Positions 57,957-64,000 of a stretch of 64,000 nt of DNA are shown piece by piece. Position 1 is the first letter of the stretch. The number at the start of each line of letters is the position of its first letter. This DNA comes from Peribolospora baueri (taxonomy: Eukaryota). The translations under genes were made by a program, and so were the position numbers. The notes under the pieces were generated by a model that had not been told where the DNA came from, ran no database searches, and was given only the letters and a program-made list of their open reading frames with translations. The stretch lies in NCBI GenBank assembly GCA_029717555.1, contig JAMDHS010000029.1:1-64000 (forward strand), given 5' to 3'.

Positions 57957-58695
57957 CTATCGAGCCTCGAAGGCAACCTAGATGCGAGGGGGAGGAGAGG
58001 CGGGCAAGGGCAAGGGCAAGAACGGTGAGAAGGGTTCATGACACTGTGCTCGCGTCTGGGTTCGAAAAAGATAACAACCGGCACTCACCACTGCAAAGGC
58101 GACGAATAAAACGGGGCAGTGAGCAGGAAACAGGAAAGAGGAAACAGACAGCAAAGGTTACGGTCAGCCACACATTTGAATAAGCACACTGCGTCCATCT
58201 CGTTTGACGCGAACTTCGAGCTTCAGACGTTGTCCCATCTCCAAAGCCGGACAGGCGGACGAAAAGATGACAACACTCACTCCTGTTCGTCCTCTTTTTG
58301 TACATCACACGATGTCCACACTCCTTGCACCGGATCGGCTCGCGCGGTTTAATGTCGTTTGTCGCTCCGCAATCTAGAGGAAAGCAATTATTACCGGAGG
58401 AATGGTCGGGAATAGGTAGTCAGGTGGAAGGAGGAGTGGTCGCGGGTGGGGGTCAGTCCATGGATCAAGCGCGCAAGTGACGCCTCCAGACGTCTCCGAT
58501 GTCGTTCACATGACAGCAAGATATATAGGCGGACGGTGTACCCAAAGTGCACATGTCCAAGCGCCTCTCTTCTCCCGTTATGCACCAATTCATCCACTCA
58601 CCAGCACAAAGGTACTCCATCGGCCGAGGCCTGTTCTGCCCGAACCCGCCGCCGCCGCTCGTCGCACCCGCGCCCGCTGACTGAGGGTAGCTCAT
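57957..58695 (-). CDS. RPB12: RNA polymerase I/II/III shared subunit RPABC4; 4 coding exons including a 2-nt exon
   Basis: Spliced product MSYPQ...[44 protein letters not shown]: zinc ribbon plus the conserved FEAR C-terminus. Confidence 0.93.
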
Positions 58696-58944
58696 TTTCC
58701 TCTCGTATGGCAGCAAGCGAATGGGGAAATTGCAAGGCCAGGAGAGGGGGCAGTGTGGATGGTGGCGAAACGAAAGTAGAATTGATCAAATCAGCGGAAG
58801 ATGCGATCGCAAAGTCGACTCGCGATGCCGCAGCACTTTCGTAGATGTCGCACACACCACACAAAACACAAAACGACGTCGACGGCGACTCGTGACGGCA
58901 GCGACGACAGCCAAGTCCTTCTCGCTTGCGTACCGCTACCGGGC

Positions 58945-60112
58945 ATGGCGGGAAACAAGCGCCCGCGGTCTGAGGAAGAGGAAGGTCCTGCGGACTTGGA
59001 GTGAGTTTTGGAGAGCTGGCTTTTCCTTATGCGCTCCGCGTCGTCGGCTTTCTTTGCTCACCGTATCTTCACAATGTTCCATATCTCTCACGTTGGCCGC
59101 ACCTCTGCCACTATCCGTGCGATTACATCGACCGCAGAGCCCTCCAACAAGAGTTGGACTCGGAACATGCTACGTTGAGGGACCAAGTGTTTGGATGGCT
59201 GCCGCCGCATGTGCGCAAGGAGCTGGAGAGCAGACCCGCTCTCTCGCCCAATGAGTTGAAGCCTCAAAGGGGTAGACCGCCACGGTGAGTCGCTCGAGAA
59301 AAAAAGAGATTCGGGGGAGAGAACCTGAGCTACGGGTTGTCTTTCGAGGTCATGCCTTTCAATCTCACCATTTTCATCCCGCTCGTCTCTTCATTCGTAG
59401 GCTGGGACTAGGAGCGAAGCCGATCTCCAGTACGACGGCGCAAGTTCCGGACCACAGATTGAAGCAAAAACTCTTAGGGTCTACTCGCAGGCGCGAAGCT
59501 GACGGGCCGTTAGGAGGAGATTTAGGCCGTCCGGGCTCGACGTTTGCGGATCGGTCGAGTGAAGATGAGGAGGACAGCAAGGCGATGGTTCTTGAGCGCC
59601 CAAAGAAGGAGAAACACAAGAAAGCTAGGCTGAATGAAGCGGGCACATATGTTAACGGAAAAGGAAAGGATGTGCGGTCCAACGGCGTGGCGACTTTTGG
59701 AAGTGCTACAACGTCTTCACAAGCTTCAATTGCAGGCGCAAACGGCACGCCGAACGACCCGCAACCACATACGCGAGCAGACGACGCCACATCTTCAGAT
59801 TCGGAATCGGACGCCGAACGGAGGGAGAGAACGAGGGCGAACACGAATGGACCTCAGCGCTCGACGACCGTGCTCGACTCGTACTTGGGGCGGAAGAAAA
59901 AGAAGCAGCTGATGGAAGCGAGGATCAATCCTGCTCTTCTGGCGGCGAGTGGTGAGGGAGAAGGAACGGTAGGAACAACGGGTGGCACGGCTTCACATGA
60001 GGCAAAGCAGGATGACCAAGCTCCGTCAATATCGGAGGAGAAGAAGAAGAGGAAGAAGAAAAAGAAGAAAAAGAGGAGGGAGAATGGGTTGGATGTGGTA
60101 AAAGGGGTTTGA
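58945..60112 (+). CDS. DUF3245-like fungal protein of unknown function with a Lys-rich tail; 2 introns
   Basis: Spliced product MAGNKRPRS...LRDQVFGWLPP...RPPRLGLGAKP...LKQKLLG with a C-terminal poly-K/R tract. The family assignment rests on the WLP and RPPRLGLGA pattern. Confidence 0.6.
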
Positions 60113-60206
60113 CGGACTGCCCCTCATTGGCATCGATGGATCGAAGGAAGCTCGTACTCTGCTCTTGCATCTATAAACTGAGGCATATTATGACGGGGAA
60201 CATATT

Positions 60207-62363
60207 TCACACAAGCACTGGAGAATCAATGACGGAAAAGCCAGCAGCCACTCCACCTTCGTCAACTTCCCTTCCCTTCGTCCGAAGCAAATGTCCCACC
60301 GTATCGTTGACCCTCATGTCCACACGCTTGTCCCTTCGCTGCTGAGCGCCTTCAGGTGAGCGGAACAAGGCGACCCCAAAGATGCCCAGCTCGCTCACCA
60401 CGTCCGCCTTCCTCGGTTGAGGCTGGCCAGCCCTGAGCAAGTAGTTGTGCAAATCCTCAGGCGGACGAATGAGCTCCATGAGGATGTAGGCCTCCATCTC
60501 CTTGGGCACTGGCTCCGTCTTCCCCTGCTTTCGTCTCTCCTCCGCCTTGGCCCGATCTCGTTCCTCCATCCTCTCCAGCGCGGGCAAAATGGCGTCCCTG
60601 TAGATGTTGTGGCCACCACCCTCGCGCTGTGGCTTGAGCACGAACCTGGTGGGATCCTCCTTTACAAGTCGCAGAGCTTCCTGACCGAGCGGGGAGTCGT
60701 CGAGCGGATAGAGGGCCGCAAAACTAGATCGCAAGAGATCTACGTCCGCCTTTGTGAACCTTTTCACTGTAGGTGTTACGGCGGAGTGGGAGGGATCGGG
60801 CGCAGAGGAGAGAGAGGATTCTCCCTCTAGGAGGAAACTCTCCAATACGCCAGGCTCGCTCAGCACCTGCTGCACCTTCTTCGCTCCCGCCAGCTGGAGC
60901 GCGATCGTCGGGCACTTGATTGCCTTGGAGCGCTCGAGGAGCAGACGGGTCTCCCAGTCTTGAGAGCAAGTGTAATCATCTGGACCGTAGCCAGCGCGGA
61001 AATAGACAACGGAGATCTCGTCGGCTGTCCGTTCCGCACCCGAGCCGGTAACAGATGGACCCGCGCTGGAGATGGTGGAACGAACGAGGAGGGCGCGCGT
61101 GGATGGGTCAAGATAGGCACGAGAGGCGAGCTCGGAGAAGCTCAATCGGAGAAGGTGAATGCCGTGCCTTAGCCGTCCAAAGCACGGAAAGTGAAGAGGA
61201 CGTTGAGCGAGCGTAGACAAATCGGGCACATAACTTGCACGCAGCGGTGCGGAGATGGGGAGCCCAGGAACGCGACCAAGGAGATACGGATGACGAAAGG
61301 TCAGTCACCCACCTGTCCAGCAGCTCGTATTCGATCCAACGCTGATCAAACGCGTTCCTTTCGCCCGGCTGGACGACCATGACCACCCTTGCACTCTGCT
61401 TGCCGTAGGCCCTATGAGCCTCTGCAATACCGCCGGCCAATCCCTCGGGAGCTCCGTTGGGAGGCAGAGAAGAGTGCGAGAGAAGGGCAGAAGACCCGAA
61501 GAAATTGGTAGAACGTAGCGCGAAACTATGTGCGATGATCAATTTGAAGTGGGTGGACCGTCATGTGCACGAGCAGGATGGGTAGAGGCAGAAATGGGTT
61601 GTGTGAGATCACACCGACAATGTCTGGAATACGTCTGAGAGTGACGCACTTATGCATCTGCGTGACTCGAGCGCTAAGCGCACCAAAAGAGCTCGAGATG
61701 GTGTTGAACTCCACCTGCTTCAGCGTCAGCGTCTCCGTGTTGAATTCCGCGGCGGCATCCTCCGCGGACACTGCAGGGGCTCCTGTTGTGGATGTCGAGT
61801 GGAGGAGATAGTCTGAACGGAAGAGTCCTAGGTGGAGAGGCTGAAGAAGGGAAAGAGCGAGAAAGCGACAAGAGAATACGCGGGAAGGACGGGAACCATG
61901 AAGCAGATATGAGACGTCGGGAAGGAGGTGAACGAGCGCAACAGGACTGCGCATCTGAGCGCCAACTTTCCCTTACCTGCGCAACGCCTTCCTTTGTGAC
62001 GGCTTTATAAATCTCCCAGAGCTTTCCCTGAAAATCGTCCACTTTGCTGACACTACCCCCAATTACGCTCTCCAGAAACTCCTCATCGGAGGCCACGCGT
62101 GCGTAGAGTTCGTTGTATAGCGGTTGGAGCTTGTTGGCAAGCTGGAAGAGATAGAAGGGGTAGGGCGTTGGAAAGAGGGCGAACGGCGCGTGGATGACGC
62201 TGCCGGGGTCGGGAGGAGAGGAAGCGGAAGCGGGAAGCGGACGATAGACGAGCCCGTGCGAGAGCGCCCAGTCAGTTTCGTTTTGAGCGAGTGAAGCGAG
62301 CTGCGCGGACGTCAGGGTGGGAGGCCATGGCGGGAGCTCGCGAGTAGAGATTTGAGAGGACAT
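60207..62363 (-). CDS. GSH2: Glutathione synthetase (eukaryotic ATP-grasp type)
   Basis: DWALSHGL, HAPFALFPTP, LGLFRSDYLLH, KQVEFNTISSSFG, QPGERNAFDQR, VYFRAGYGPDDY, QLAGAKKVQQ, FVLKPQREGGGHNIY, SELGIFG, GHLLRTK and EGGVAAGFSVIDS. Confidence 0.95.
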
Positions 62364-62549
62364 TGTGAAACTGGTTGGGAGGGAAACGAGGTAGTGTAAG
62401 AAAGGACGGCGCCGTCGTTGCTGGTGGTGAGCACACGACGCCCAGGGCAGCTCCCTCTCTCACTTTCAGCGTGGCGAGGTCGGAGACACAGGAAGGTTTA
62501 CCTTGTCGCACCGCTCTTGGCCTGCCTGTCTGCTCTTCGTGCAAATAGC

Positions 62550-62578
62550 GTCGTTGTCGTTGTCGTTGTCGTTGTCGT
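62550..62578. repeat. (GTCGTT)n microsatellite in the GSH2/cysteine synthase intergenic region
   Basis: About five tandem hexamers read directly from the sequence. Confidence 0.85.
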
Positions 62579-62789
62579 CCGGCGTCGTCGGCTGGCCGTC
62601 GTGCTCGCCATTCTCCGTTCCACCATCGTCCTCCCCCTCTCGATCATTTTCTTCCGCAAGTCCGAGTTATCTCCGTGATATATAAATGTGATCTTCGTTC
62701 CGTCCGTCCGGTTCTTCCCTTCTTCATCCACCCTTCCTCGCCTCCTCATCACCGACACCAAGCCGGTGCTGAGATTTTTCTCGCTCACC

Positions 62790-64000
62790 ATGGCGTCCGC
62801 GTTCCGTGCTTTCACCACCTCTGCCCTCCGCAAAGCGCAGTTGGGCTCCGTCGCCGCCGCTCATGCCAAGCCCGTGAACGGTTTCGTCGGCGCCGTGGGC
62901 AACACTCCTTTGGTGAGTTGAAGCTTTCTTCATTCTATCCATGTTGCACGGAAACACGATGCTCAATTCGGCGACTGTAACCGCCACTACGCTTTCAGGT
63001 TCGTCTCAAGAAGCTCTCTGAGGAAACCGGCAGCCAAATTCTCGCCAAGGCAGAATGGATGAACCCGGGTGGGAGCGTCAAGGACCGGGCCGCGCTGTAC
63101 ATCGTTAAGGACGCCGAGGAAAAAGGTGAGCTCACGTTGCTTTGCCGTATAATTATGGGTTGGACATTCCGTCGCCAACTTCCGCTGATTGTTCGGTTTG
63201 TCTCTCTGCTCCGACGCCTCTCCTTCTGTGCCCCGTCTCACCGCCCGGCCACGCCACTCCTCACAGGCCTCATCATGCCCGGCGGCACGGTGGTCGAAGG
63301 CACGGCTGGCAATACGGGTATCGGCCTCGCGCATGTTTGTCGCTCAAAGGGTTACAAGTGCGTCATTTACATGCCCAACACGCAGTCTCAGGAAAAGATC
63401 GATTTGCTCCGCATGCTAGGCGCCGAGGTGTACCCAGTTCCTGGTGAGTGAGCCAAGCGCGGGATGAGCCAGCGAGAAATTCCCGTGTGAATTTGTGTTC
63501 TCACTCGCGCACCCAACGCCTTCTGTCCTTCCCGTCCCTCCCCTTCTCTCGTCACCCTGATTCGCAGCCGTGGCGTTCGACAACCCCCAGAACTACAACC
63601 ATCAAGCTCGACGACACGCTGAGTCCCTTCCGAACGCCGTGTGGACGAACCAGTTTGACAACACCGCCAACCGACGCGCGCACATCGAGACGACCGGTCC
63701 CGAAATTTGGGAGCAGACAGGTGGCAAGGTCGACGGTTTCATTTGCGCGACGGGAACGGGAGGTAGTTTGGCGGGAACTTCGAGGTTTTTGAAGGAGAAG
63801 AGCGATGGCAGGGTGCAGGCTTGGCTTGCCGACCCGCCGGGGAGCGTTCTGCATAGCTACCTGCAGAGCGGAGGCAAGTTGATGGAGAGGAGTGGAGGCA
63901 GCATCACGGAAGGTGAGTTGTCATTGAGGCCGCGAAGGTCCGGCTTGCCTCGTCGTTCTCCCAGTATTGACCCGTCCGTTCTTGGCTCACCTAGGCATCG
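62790..64000 (+). CDS. Cysteine synthase (PLP fold-type II, fungal CysB/Cys11-like); truncated by the window end
   Basis: Presequence-like [26 protein letters not shown]-lysine motif [46 protein letters not shown] and GSITEGI. Confidence 0.93.

Overview
Gene-dense, GC-rich, intron-rich eukaryotic DNA, most consistent with a basidiomycete fungus (short GT[G/A]AGT...YAG introns with CTRAC/CTCAC-like branch points; fungal-type proteins). By splicing the ORF fragments by eye I reconstruct 22 protein genes. In order: an NADP-dependent MDR oxidoreductase, RNA polymerase III largest subunit (RPC1), RAD18, a DUF427 protein, an Eps1-like PDI, COA1, a large PPR protein, a DUF1772 protein, eIF6, an orphan (E4K4)n membrane protein, a GH35 beta-galactosidase, the mitochondrial citrate carrier, actin, a Cld1/Ict1-like hydrolase, mitochondrial ProRS, Icp55, a She4/UNC-45 chaperone, Sac1, RPB12, a DUF3245-like protein, glutathione synthetase and a cysteine synthase that runs off the right end. 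I see no rRNA, tRNA, CRISPR array or intact transposon. The most notable observations are: a 2-nt micro-exon that RPB12 needs to stay in frame; a single NLR-type WD40 repeat lying antisense inside a COA1 intron; an mL41-like peptide at the N-terminus of the PPR protein; a divergent glutathione synthetase/cysteine synthase pair; a very tight head-to-head mt-ProRS/Icp55 pair; and a ~500-bp AT-rich island with imperfect terminal inverted repeats. CDS coordinates run from start to stop codon and include introns. Exon boundaries are manual, and family assignments come from recognised motifs, not database searches.
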